Positions 10,846 to 19,663 of a stretch of 64,000 nt of DNA are shown here, piece by piece. The notes beneath the pieces were generated by a model that did not search any database, was not told the DNA's origin, and worked only from the letters and a program-made list of their open reading frames with translations. The position numbers and the translations under genes were made by a program. The stretch's first letter is position 1. Each line of letters starts with the position of its first letter. This DNA is from Bacillota bacterium (lineage in GTDB: Bacteria > Bacillota > Sulfobacillia > JAIMAT01). The DNA is taken from positions 19,142 to 83,141 of the forward strand of contig JAIMAT010000001.1 in NCBI GenBank assembly GCA_023511835.1, written 5' to 3'.

Positions 10846-12339
10846 GTGGAGGAGGGCGCGGACCCGGCCCGTCTCTATCTGGAGAGCGCCGGCGAACGGC
10901 TGATCGTGGAGGAGGGTTTCGAGTGGGCGCAGGGCGTGCCGCCGCTCCTGGCCGAGCTGGCCGACCGCGTCCTCATCCGCGAGCGCTGGGGACGGCTGGA
11001 GCTGCTGGCCCTTCTGCCCCCGCCGGTGGCGGCCGGGGCGGAGCGGCTGGAGGAGGCGCTCGGCGAGCTGGCCGCCTGGGCGCAGGGGCTGCACGAATGG
11101 TCGGGGCGGCCCGTCGAGGCTGCCGCCGTCGCCGTAGCGGGGGACGGGCTGCCGGTCGCCCAGGCGCCCGGCACCCTCGCGGCGGGAGGGGGGACGAGCC
11201 TCCACCTGCTGGTCGTCGACCCGACCCGGGGCCGCCTCGAGGGACCCGCCCGCGCCGCCCGCCATCCGGCGCTCCGCCGCTTCGCCCCCATCGGGCCGGA
11301 GGAGCGCCGCCGCATCGAGAACGAGCCGCTCCCCCGCCGGCGCGGGCTGGGCCGCTGGCTGGCCATGCCGGGCAGCGCGGCCGATCCCTGGGCCACCACC
11401 CTCCTCCTGGGTGCCATCGGCCTGGTGGGGGTCCTGGAGGGCGCGCGCAGCGACCCCTTCTCCACCTCGCTCCTGGTCGACTGGGGCGCACGGCTGAACG
11501 CCTTCATCGTGCTGGGCGAGCTCTGGCGCCTCATGGCCTACGCCTGGCTGCACGGCAGCTGGCTGCACCTGCTGCTCAACGGCTTCGCCCTTCTCCAGAT
11601 CGGGCCGCTGGCGGAGGGCGCCTACGGCCACGGGCGCATGCTGCTCATCTACCTGGCGGGCGCCGTGGTGGCCGGGCTGGCCGGCCTGGTCGGGCTGCCC
11701 GCCACCGGCCTGGCGGTGGGAGCCAGCGGCGCCATCATGGCGCTCCTGGGCGCCGTCCTGGTGGCGCTGGCCTCCAACCGGGGCGCCCTCCGCCAGCAGA
11801 TGCTGGCTCCCATGGTGATCTGGATCCTGGTCATCCTGGGCTACGGGCTGGTGGTGCCCAACATCGACAACTGGGCCCACCTGGGCGGTCTCCTGGCGGG
11901 CGTCGTGCTGGGCCTGCTCATGGGGCGCCCGGGCGAGCGCCCCGCCGCCCTCGCCTGGCCGGCCATGGCGCTGGCCGGCCTGCTCGCCGCGGCGCCGTTC
12001 CTCCCGCTCCTCCTCCCCGCCTCGCTCCCGCCGCTGCGGGCGGCGGTCCGCGACTTGGTGCCCGTCTCCCAGCGGCCCGGCTACTACGACCTCCTCCTGC
12101 GCTACGGACGAGAGGCGCTGGATACGGGCGACCTGGCCGCCGCCCGGGAAGCGCTGGAGGCGGCCACCTGGTCCGAGCCCTCCAGCGCCGACGCCCACTT
12201 CCTCTACGCACAGGCGCTAGCCGCCTCGGGCCAGAACGCCGAGGCGCTCCTGCAGGCGGAGGCGGCCGCCCGGCTCACTCCCTCGGACCCGCGCATCGAG
12301 TCGCTCCTCCGGGAGCTCCGCCTGCGCACCGGCTCCTGA
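10846..12339 (+). CDS. rhomboid-family intramembrane serine protease with long N-terminal extension and C-terminal TPR-like region
   Basis: Rhomboid catalytic GASGAIMALLGA (Ser) and NWAHLGGLLAGVVLG (His) within multiple TM helices. C-terminal ...DLAAAREALEAATWSEPSSADAHFLYAQALAASGQNAEALLQAEAA (TPR-like). Confidence 0.8.
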   Translation: MEEGADPARLYLESAGERLIVEEGFEWAQGVPPLLAELADRVLIRERWGRLELLALLPPPVAAGAERLEEALGELAAWAQGLHEWSGRPVEAAAVAVAGDGLPVAQAPGTLAAGGGTSLHLLVVDPTRGRLEGPARAARHPALRRFAPIGPEERRRIENEPLPRRRGLGRWLAMPGSAADPWATTLLLGAIGLVGVLEGARSDPFSTSLLVDWGARLNAFIVLGELWRLMAYAWLHGSWLHLLLNGFALLQIGPLAEGAYGHGRMLLIYLAGAVVAGLAGLVGLPATGLAVGASGAIMALLGAVLVALASNRGALRQQMLAPMVIWILVILGYGLVVPNIDNWAHLGGLLAGVVLGLLMGRPGERPAALAWPAMALAGLLAAAPFLPLLLPASLPPLRAAVRDLVPVSQRPGYYDLLLRYGREALDTGDLAAAREALEAATWSEPSSADAHFLYAQALAASGQNAEALLQAEAAARLTPSDPRIESLLRELRLRTGS

Positions 12340-12384
12340 GCGGGTCGCCGCCGCCGGGCCGTCCTGCGCCCGGCGGTACCTCCC

Positions 12385-13407
12385 TCACCGGCCGCGGGCC
12401 TCGCGAAAGATCGCCTTCAGCGCCTCCAGCTGTCGCTCGGCCTCCCGGCGGCCGGCCTCCACCATGGCCGGCAGGCGCTCCATCTCGGTCAGGCCGGCGC
12501 GGGGCAGGAGCGGCCGCAGCACCAGGTCGGCGGTGGAGGCCAGCTGCCAGCGCGTCAGGTGACGTCCGGCCACCTCGGCGCTGCGTCCGAGGATGCGCGC
12601 GATGCCCCGCACCTCGCCGGGCGGCTCGGCGACGCTTCCCAGGTCGACGGCGACGACGCGCCGGGCTCCCAGTAGCCGCGCGGAGGGAGCGGGAACCGGC
12701 TCGCTGACGCCGCCGTCCACCAGCACCCGGCCGCCCAGGCGCTTGGGCGTGTAGATCCAGGGGATGGAGCTCGAGGCGCGCACCGCCGCCGCCACGTCGC
12801 TCGCCGCCACCAGCACGTGGCCCTCGCCAGCCGCGGCCGCCGCGCCCTCGAGCCGCCGGGCGCCGGCCAGCCAGCGGCTCCCGGTCAGCACCACGGTGGT
12901 TCCGGCCAGCAGGTCGCAGGCGACCACGGCCAGCCGCCGCGGCAGTTCCTCGAAGCGGGCCACGGGGAGGTTCTCGCGCAGCCAGGCCTCCAGGCGGAGT
13001 CCGGTGGCGAGACCGCTGGGCGCCGGTCGCACCCAGCGGCTGCGGACGCCCAGCGCCTCCAGGAGGACGCGCGAGCCCACGTAGGCCAGGTCCAGGGGGT
13101 TGCGGCTCAGGTCCAGGACTTCGGCCGCCTGGAGGCCGCCGATCCTCCGTTCCACCTCGCGGGCCTCCAGGCCGCCCGCCCAGAGCGCGCCCACCAGCGC
13201 ACCCACGCTGGAGCCGGTGACCAGGTCGGGTTCCAGACCGTGCTCCTCCAGCACCTGGAGGACGCCGATGTGGGCACCCCCTCGGACCGAGCCCGACCCC
13301 AGGGCCAGCGCGACCCGCGGCGGCGGCAGCGGTCCGTCCTCGTCGGGCTCGGTCACACGCGGAAGCCTTCCGGCCGCCATGCCCGCTCCTCCTTCCCGTC
13401 CCCGCAC
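12385..13407 (-). CDS. patatin-like phospholipase
   Basis: ALALGSGSVRGGAHIGVL (Gly-rich oxyanion hole), TGSSVGALVGAL (GxSxG nucleophile elbow) and ...VLVDGGVSEPVP (DGG catalytic Asp). Confidence 0.8.
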   Translation of the reverse strand: MRGREGGAGMAAGRLPRVTEPDEDGPLPPPRVALALGSGSVRGGAHIGVLQVLEEHGLEPDLVTGSSVGALVGALWAGGLEAREVERRIGGLQAAEVLDLSRNPLDLAYVGSRVLLEALGVRSRWVRPAPSGLATGLRLEAWLRENLPVARFEELPRRLAVVACDLLAGTTVVLTGSRWLAGARRLEGAAAAAGEGHVLVAASDVAAAVRASSSIPWIYTPKRLGGRVLVDGGVSEPVPAPSARLLGARRVVAVDLGSVAEPPGEVRGIARILGRSAEVAGRHLTRWQLASTADLVLRPLLPRAGLTEMERLPAMVEAGRREAERQLEALKAIFREARGR

Positions 13408-13443
13408 GCCATCATGCTACACTCGCCGGCGGGGAGGGGCCGG

Positions 13444-14148
13444 ATGGCCAGGGGCGTGCGAGACGAGGCGCCCCGCACGGGCGGGGCGGCGACGCGCCGG
13501 GTCGTGACCGGGGAAGCGAGCGGCGAGCTGGACGTGAAGCGCTCCCGCTTCGTCGCCCGGCTGGCGCCGGCCGTCACGCCGGCCGAGGCGCGCGGCTTCT
13601 GGCTCGAGCTCCGCCGCCGTCTGCCCGACGCGCGCCACCACGCCGTCGCCTGGCGGGTCGAGGAGGCGGGACGGCTCAGCGAGCACGCTTCCGACGACGG
13701 GGAGCCGGCGGGCACGGCCGGCCGACCCATCCTGGCGGCGCTCCGCCAGCACGGCCTGGAGCAGGCGGTGCTGGTGGTCAGCCGCCACTTCGGCGGCATC
13801 CTGCTGGGCGCGCCGGGGCTGGTCCGCGCCTACCGGCAGGCGGCGGAGCTGGCCATCGCCCGGGCGCCCCTGGTGCGCCTCGTCGCCCGCCCGGCCTGGG
13901 AGCTGGAGGTCTCCTACGCGCTCTGGGAGCCCCTGCAGGCGCTCGCCCGGCGCGCCGGGGCGACGCTGGAGTCGCCCCGCTACGGGGAGCGCGTCCGCTC
14001 CCTCCTCCTCCTGCCCCCGGTGGGGGGCGAGGCCCTGCTGGAACGGCTCCGCGAGATGGGCCCGCCGCCGCCCGCCTTGCGGCCGCTGGGGAGCCTCTGG
14101 CGACCCGAGCCTGGCGACGTCCCCCCTCAGCCGGTCAGCTCCGGGTAG
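13444..14148 (+). CDS. YigZ/IMPACT-family protein (UPF0029)
   Basis: KRSRFVARLAPAVTPAEARGFW...HHAVAWRVEE...SDDGEPAGTAGRPILAALRQHGLEQAVLVVSRHFGG, the family signature. The start is only 36 bp from the divergent patatin gene. Confidence 0.8.
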   Translation: MARGVRDEAPRTGGAATRRVVTGEASGELDVKRSRFVARLAPAVTPAEARGFWLELRRRLPDARHHAVAWRVEEAGRLSEHASDDGEPAGTAGRPILAALRQHGLEQAVLVVSRHFGGILLGAPGLVRAYRQAAELAIARAPLVRLVARPAWELEVSYALWEPLQALARRAGATLESPRYGERVRSLLLLPPVGGEALLERLREMGPPPPALRPLGSLWRPEPGDVPPQPVSSG

Positions 14149-15065
14149 CGGAGGCGAAGAAGCGCGGCCAGCGTCGAGAGCACCGGCGTGCCCAGGTCGT
14201 GGCGCTGCGCCCGCCGGACGACCGACTCCACCAGCTCGATCTCCAGCCGCCGGCCGGCGCGGAGGTCCGCCAGCATGGAGGTGGGCTGGTCGGCCATGGC
14301 GCGCGAGAGGGCGAGACCGTCGGGGACGACACTCTCGGCCAGGTGATAGCCCTCCGCCTCGGCCACCGCCGCCACCTCGCCCATGCCGGCCACGGCCACC
14401 GAGCGGGCGCCCGGCTCCTCCAGCACGGCCCCGATCTCGCGCTCCGCCAGGGCGGTGAGCGGGTTCCAGACCGCGTTCCAGACCAGCTTGGACCACTTGG
14501 CGGCCAGGATCTCGGCGCTGATGGTGAGGGGGATGCCGCCGCGGCCGAGCGCGGCCTGGAGCGCCGTCAGCCGCCCCTCCGCCAGCGCCTGGCGGGCGGC
14601 GGGCAGCCCCGGCGGCAGCCCCGCCGTCATGCGCATGGGCCCGCCCTGGCGTACCCGTCCGGGCCCCAGCTGCTGCGCCGGACCGTAGACCACGGCCGGG
14701 AAGACGCGCTCCGCCCCCAGCAGCCGGCCGAGCACCTCCTCGTTGTCGACGCCGTTCTGCGGCGAGAGGACCGGCGTCGCCGCCGGCAGCGCCTCCCGCC
14801 AGGCGCGCACGGCCTCCTCGGTGGCCCAGGACTTGACGGTCACCACCAGCCAGTCCGGCTCGGGAAGCCTGTCGCCGGGCTCGAGGAAGCGCGCCCGCAC
14901 CTCCGTCTCCCCCTCGCTCCCCTCCACGACCAGCCGCCCCCCGTAGGCCGCCGCACGGCCGGGGCGGACCAGAAAGAGCACCTCCTCGCCGGCGCGCACG
15001 AGCGCCGCCGCCAGGCAGGCGCCGATGGCGCCCGCACCGAGGATGGCGACGCGCAAGTCGCCCAC
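14127..15065 (-). CDS. panE: 2-dehydropantoate 2-reductase (ketopantoate reductase)
   Basis: VGDLRVAILGAGAIGACLAAALVRAG...VVTVKSWATEEAV...ILAAKWSKLVWNAVWNPLTALAEREIG...LEIELVESVVRRAQRHDLGTPVLSTL: ApbA/PanE N- and C-domains. GTG start at 15065..15063. Confidence 0.8.
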   Translation of the reverse strand: MGDLRVAILGAGAIGACLAAALVRAGEEVLFLVRPGRAAAYGGRLVVEGSEGETEVRARFLEPGDRLPEPDWLVVTVKSWATEEAVRAWREALPAATPVLSPQNGVDNEEVLGRLLGAERVFPAVVYGPAQQLGPGRVRQGGPMRMTAGLPPGLPAARQALAEGRLTALQAALGRGGIPLTISAEILAAKWSKLVWNAVWNPLTALAEREIGAVLEEPGARSVAVAGMGEVAAVAEAEGYHLAESVVPDGLALSRAMADQPTSMLADLRAGRRLEIELVESVVRRAQRHDLGTPVLSTLAALLRLRYPELTG

Positions 15066-15255
15066 CTCCCGGAGGGGAGTTGGCGCGGAGGGGCGGTGCT
15101 TCCTCCCGCCGGACCGGGGCAGGACCGCCGGCCGCCCGGTTGGCCCCCCGGCGCGTCTTGGGGTAGGGTGGACCTGCCCGTCCGGGTTCGGGCGTCCCCG
15201 GCCACCGCCGGCGTCCGGGCGATCCGGCCAGTTCCTCCCAGGAGGCGAACCTGTC

Positions 15256-16254
15256 TTGTCCGCGGAAGTCGAACGCATTCGCATCCCCGGTCTCGACCGC
15301 GAGGTCTCGCGCATCGGCCTCGGCACCTGGGCCATGGGCGGCTGGATGTGGGGAGGCAGCGACGAGGCCGGCGCCGTCGCCTCCGTGGAGCGCGCCTTCG
15401 AGATGGGGATCAACCTGGTGGACACGGCCCCGGTCTACGGCTTCGGCCGCGCCGAGGAGATCGTGGGCCGTGCGCTGCGCCGCATCGGTCACCGGCAGGA
15501 GCTGGTGATCGCCACCAAGGTCGGCCTGGAGTGGAACGCCCGCGGGGAGATCCGCCGCAACTCGCGTCCGGAGCGGATCCGCCAGGAGGTGGAGGAGAGC
15601 CTCCGCCGCCTGGGCGTGGACGTGATCGACCTCTACCAGGTCCACTGGCCCGACCCCTCCACGCCCGTGGAGAGTACGGCCGAGACGTTGCTCCGCCTGC
15701 GCGAGGAGGGGAAGATCCGCGCTATCGGCGTCAGCAACTACAGCGTGGCGCAGATGGAGCGCTGGCGCCAGGCGGCGCCCCTGCACACGGCCCAGCCCCC
15801 GTACAACCTCTTCGAGCGCGAGGCCGAGCGGGAGATCCTCCCCTACTGCCGCGAGCACGGCGTGGCCACGCTCACCTACGGCGTGCTGGCGCGCGGGCTC
15901 CTGACCGGGAAGTTCACGGCCGGCACCACCTTCCCCGAGGGCGACCTGCGCCGCCAGGACCCGAAGTTCCAGGGCGAGCGCTTCCGCCACTACCTGGAGG
16001 CCGTCGATCGCCTGCGCCCGCTGGCCGAGCGGCACGGGCGCTCCCTGGCCCAGCTGGCCGCGCGCTGGGCGCTCCAGCAGCCCGGGGTCCAGGTCAGCCT
16101 CTGGGGCGTCCGGCGGCCGGCGCAGGTGGAGGAGGTGGCCGGCGTCTGGGGCTGGAGCCTGGACGCCGGCGAGCTGGCGGAGATCGAGCGGATCCTGGCG
16201 GAGAGCATCCCGGAGCCGGTGGGGCCGGAGTTCATGGCGCCCCCCGAGGCGTAG
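15256..16254 (+). CDS. aldo/keto reductase family oxidoreductase (second copy, distinct from 2748..3701)
   Basis: ...RIGLGTWAMGGWMWGGSDEAGAVASVERAFEMGINLVDTAPVYGFGRAEEIVGRAL...IDLYQVHWPDPSTPVE... TTG start at 15256 with GGAGG 10 nt upstream. Confidence 0.85.
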   Translation: MSAEVERIRIPGLDREVSRIGLGTWAMGGWMWGGSDEAGAVASVERAFEMGINLVDTAPVYGFGRAEEIVGRALRRIGHRQELVIATKVGLEWNARGEIRRNSRPERIRQEVEESLRRLGVDVIDLYQVHWPDPSTPVESTAETLLRLREEGKIRAIGVSNYSVAQMERWRQAAPLHTAQPPYNLFEREAEREILPYCREHGVATLTYGVLARGLLTGKFTAGTTFPEGDLRRQDPKFQGERFRHYLEAVDRLRPLAERHGRSLAQLAARWALQQPGVQVSLWGVRRPAQVEEVAGVWGWSLDAGELAEIERILAESIPEPVGPEFMAPPEA

Positions 16255-16303
16255 GCCGCCCGCCCGGCCCCCGTCGCGCGGGGCGGCCCGGGCGGCCCGG
16301 CGC

Positions 16304-18964
16304 CTAGGCCGTCCTGCGCAGCCGCTTCACCCCTTCCCACCAGAGGGTGGCAGCCGCCGCCGCCGCGCCCGCCACCAGGAGGCCGCGCGCCTCCAGCGGC
16401 GCGGTCCCCAGCGCCGGTCGCAGGGAGGGGACGTAGAGGCCGGCGGCCAGGAGCAGAAGTGTTCCCGCCGCCAGCACCCAGCGGCTCCGGCGACCGGCGG
16501 GATTCTCCCCGGCGGGTCCGGCGCCGTCGGACGGCCGCCCCAGCAGGCCGGCGAGAAGCGGACGCCGCTCCGAGCTCATGCTCAGGACCAGCAGCACGTT
16601 CCCCAGGAGGAGCGTCGCCAGCCCCATGGAGCGGGCCGTCGCCTCGCCCAGGCCCTGGCGGAGCGCCACCAGGTCGACCAGGAGCGTCGCCGCCAGCAGC
16701 GTACCGCCCAGGGCGAGCGCCTGGCCGAGCAGCCTCGCGTCCACCAGCGGGGCCTCCGGCGGGCGCGGCGGGCGGCGCATCAGGTCGGGCTCCTCGGGCG
16801 TCGTCTCGAAGACGATGGAGCAGGTGGGGTCGAGGATCAGCTCCAGGAGCGCGATGTGGATCGGCCAGAGAAAGAGCGGCAGGCCCAGCAGCGGGGCGAG
16901 GAGGGCCAGGCCGGCGATGGGCACGTGAATGGCCAGGATGTAGGCGACCGCCTTGCGGATGTTGTCGTAGATGTGGCGCCCCTGGCGAAGGGCGTTGGCG
17001 ATGGTGACGAAGTTGTCGTCCAGCAGCACCATGTCGGCCGCGTCGCGGGCCACGTCGGTCCCCCGGCCGCCCATGGCGACGCCGATGTCGGCCTCCTTCA
17101 GGGCCGGGGCGTCGTTGACGCCGTCGCCGGTCATGGCCACCACGCGGCCCTGCCGCCGCCAGCTGCGCACCAGGCGCAACTTCTGCCCGGGGACGGTGCG
17201 CGCGAAGATGCGCACCCCCGCGCCCCGGCCCGTGGTCAGGAGCCGGTCCAGCTCCTCCTCCCCGAACCGGTCCAACTCCTCGCCCGTCACCGTGCCCGCG
17301 CCGCCGTCCAGCCCCACCTCGCGGGCGATGGCCTCCGCCGTGGCGGGATGGTCGCCAGTGATCATCACCACGTCGACGCCGGCTCCGCGGCAGAGCGCCA
17401 CCGCCTCTCGGACGCCCTCCCGCGGCGGGTCGGCCAGCCCCAGCAGGCCCACCAGGCGGAGGCGGTGGTCCGCCAGGCGCTCGGGGTAGGGGGCCCGGAG
17501 GCCGGGGTCGCCCTCCTCCCCCCGCGCCACGGCCAGGACGCGCAGGCCGCGCGAGGCCAGCCCGCGCACCCGCTCCTCCGCCGCCTGCCGCTCCTCCGGC
17601 TCCAGCCGACAGAGGGGCAGGACGTTCTCGGGCGCTCCCTTGACCGCCAGCTCGCCCACACCCGAGGGATCCTCCCAGATGTGGCCCATCCAGCGCTCCT
17701 GGGGACGGAAGGGGTACTCGTGGACCAGGCGGCGCCCGGCGCGCACCGCCTCCGGCTCCAGGCCGCGCTCGCCGCTCCAGCGCCCGATGGCCAGGTCCAT
17801 GGGGTCATACGGCTCCTCCTCGCAGGCCAGGACGGCGGTCCGGACCAGCTCCTCCCAGGCCTCGGGGCCGGCCTCCTCGCCCGCCCGCCCGGACGCCTCG
17901 CCCCTCCCGCCCGCCACGGCCGCCGGCGCCCAGGCGACGGCGTCGCGGACGCTCATCCGGTTCTCGGTCAGCGTGCCCGTCTTGTCCACGCAGAGCAGGC
18001 TGACGGCGCCCAGCGTCTCCACCGAGGGCAGCCGGCGGACCAGCGCCTTCTGCCGGGAGAGGCGCCAGGCCCCCAGGGAGAGAAAGACGGTCAGCACCAC
18101 CGGGAACTCCTCGGGGATCATGGCCATGGCCAGGGAGATGCCGGCCAGGAGCGCCTCCGTCCAGGCCCTGCCCGAGCCGGCGCGAACCGCCTCCCAGGCC
18201 ACCAGCCCCCCCACTGCCAGGCAGAGCACCGCGCCCACCAGGAAGAACTGCCGCACCAGCGAGCGGATCTGCCGCTGCAGCGGGGTGGGATGCTCCTCCA
18301 CCGAGGCGATGAGGCGGCCGATCTCGCCCAGCCGGCTGCGCTCCCCCGTCGCCTCCACCTCGCCCCATCCCTGCCCCTGCAGGACGACCGTGCCGGCGTA
18401 GCAGGCGTCGCCCGCCGCCTTCCAGACCGGCTCCGACTCGCCGGTCAGCATGGACTCGTCCACGGAGAGGTCGGCGACGGAGGAGAGCCGGACGTCCGCC
18501 GGGATCCTCTCGCCCTCGGTGAGGGCCAGGAAGTCGCCCGGCACCACCTCGCGGGCCGGGATCCACTCCCAGCGGCCGTCGCGCAGGACGCGCGCGCGCG
18601 GCGCCGCCAGCTCCCGCAGCGAATCGAGCGCGCGCTCGGTCCGCCACTCCTGCACCACCGTGATGGCCACCACCGCCACCACGAAGGCCAGCATGGTCAG
18701 GCCCTCGCCCGTGTCGCCCAGAAAGAAGTAGACCGAGGCGGTGATGAGGAGCAGGAAGAACATGGGTTCGCGCAGCGCGTCGAGCAGCCGCCGCCAGCCG
18801 CTCTTCCTGCGCTCGCGGGCCACCTCGTTGGGGCCCCAGCGGCGCAGCCGCCGCGCCGCTTCGTCGCTGGCGAGCCCGGCCTGACCGGCGGGAAGGCCCT
18901 CCCTGCCCCCGGGCTCGGCCCTTCCCTCCGGCTGACTCCACGACTCTTGGCGGGACAGATCCAA
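16304..18964 (-). CDS. P-type cation-transporting ATPase, P2 (Ca2+/Mg2+ pump-like) type
   Basis: TGES (SVDESMLTGESEPV), DKTGTLTEN, MITGDHPATA, GDGVNDAPALKEADIGVAMG, and TM4 IPEEFPVVLTV (PEGL-type, not the CPC of heavy-metal P1B pumps); 10-TM layout. TTG start at 18964 with RBS GGGGGAG. Confidence 0.85.
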   Translation of the reverse strand: MDLSRQESWSQPEGRAEPGGREGLPAGQAGLASDEAARRLRRWGPNEVARERRKSGWRRLLDALREPMFFLLLITASVYFFLGDTGEGLTMLAFVVAVVAITVVQEWRTERALDSLRELAAPRARVLRDGRWEWIPAREVVPGDFLALTEGERIPADVRLSSVADLSVDESMLTGESEPVWKAAGDACYAGTVVLQGQGWGEVEATGERSRLGEIGRLIASVEEHPTPLQRQIRSLVRQFFLVGAVLCLAVGGLVAWEAVRAGSGRAWTEALLAGISLAMAMIPEEFPVVLTVFLSLGAWRLSRQKALVRRLPSVETLGAVSLLCVDKTGTLTENRMSVRDAVAWAPAAVAGGRGEASGRAGEEAGPEAWEELVRTAVLACEEEPYDPMDLAIGRWSGERGLEPEAVRAGRRLVHEYPFRPQERWMGHIWEDPSGVGELAVKGAPENVLPLCRLEPEERQAAEERVRGLASRGLRVLAVARGEEGDPGLRAPYPERLADHRLRLVGLLGLADPPREGVREAVALCRGAGVDVVMITGDHPATAEAIAREVGLDGGAGTVTGEELDRFGEEELDRLLTTGRGAGVRIFARTVPGQKLRLVRSWRRQGRVVAMTGDGVNDAPALKEADIGVAMGGRGTDVARDAADMVLLDDNFVTIANALRQGRHIYDNIRKAVAYILAIHVPIAGLALLAPLLGLPLFLWPIHIALLELILDPTCSIVFETTPEEPDLMRRPPRPPEAPLVDARLLGQALALGGTLLAATLLVDLVALRQGLGEATARSMGLATLLLGNVLLVLSMSSERRPLLAGLLGRPSDGAGPAGENPAGRRSRWVLAAGTLLLLAAGLYVPSLRPALGTAPLEARGLLVAGAAAAAATLWWEGVKRLRRTA

Positions 18965-19002
18965 GGCGCTCCCCCGATTCTCTGCAGTCTCGGCGAAAGG
19001 AA

Positions 19003-19019
19003 GCGTACACGAGGTACGC
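19003..19019. promoter_or_regulatory. perfect inverted repeat GCGTAC-ACGAG-GTACGC, candidate MerR-type operator (mer-box-like)
   Basis: Read directly from the sequence; lies 39 nt upstream of the ATPase TTG start and ~150 nt upstream of merR. The CGTAC/GTACG half-sites resemble the Tn501 mer operator TCCGTAC-N4-GTACGGA. Confidence 0.5.
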
Positions 19020-19170
19020 CGTCACCATTACCACGAGCGGCGGCGCGGAGCAACTCTTTTTGAAAGTGAATTTCGTTTCGCAGATTCGGCCGCCGCGGTA
19101 GGGTAGATTCGAGCGGCGGGGGCGGCCGCAGCCCATCCGGGGGAGCGGCCGCCCGTCAGGGGGTCTTGGG

Positions 19171-19623
19171 ATGCGGATGCGCATCGGTCAGCTGGCGGCC
19201 CAGGCCCGACTTTCCGTGGACGGCCTGCGCTATTACGAGCAGCTCGGCCTGCTGGCGCCACGCGAGCGGAGTGAGGCCGGCTATCGCCTCTACGACGAGG
19301 AGGCGCTGGAGCGGCTTCGCTTCATCCGCCGCGCCCAGGAGCTGGGCCTCCGCCTGCAGGAGATCCGCGAGATCCTGGAGATCCGGGCCGGCGGACGCCC
19401 GCCCTGCCGCCACGTGCGCGACCTCCTGGCGCGGCGCCTGGGCGAGGTGGAGGCTCGCCTGGCCGAGCTGGAGCGGCTGCGCGACGGGCTCCGGAGCCGC
19501 CTCGAATGGGCGGAGGCGCACCCGGATCCGCGCTGCGACGAGCGCGAGGTCTGCGTCTACCTCGGCCCGCCGGCGCCCGCGGGGGGCGCGCCCGGGCGCG
19601 GCGGGCGGAAGCGCCTCCCCTAG
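19171..19623 (+). CDS. merR: MerR-family heavy-metal-responsive transcriptional regulator
   Basis: MRIGQLAAQARLSVDGLRYYEQLGLLAPRERSEAGYRLYDEEALERLRFIRRAQELGLRLQEIREILE (HTH plus coiled-coil dimerisation helix). Three Cys at about positions 79, 122 and 128 (CRHV...PRCDEREVC), the metal-binding pattern of MerR/ZntR/CadR-type sensors. Confidence 0.8.
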   Translation: MRMRIGQLAAQARLSVDGLRYYEQLGLLAPRERSEAGYRLYDEEALERLRFIRRAQELGLRLQEIREILEIRAGGRPPCRHVRDLLARRLGEVEARLAELERLRDGLRSRLEWAEAHPDPRCDEREVCVYLGPPAPAGGAPGRGGRKRLP

Positions 19624-19663
19624 CCGCGACCCGCCCCGGTCCGCCGGAAGCCGCCCGCCCGCC

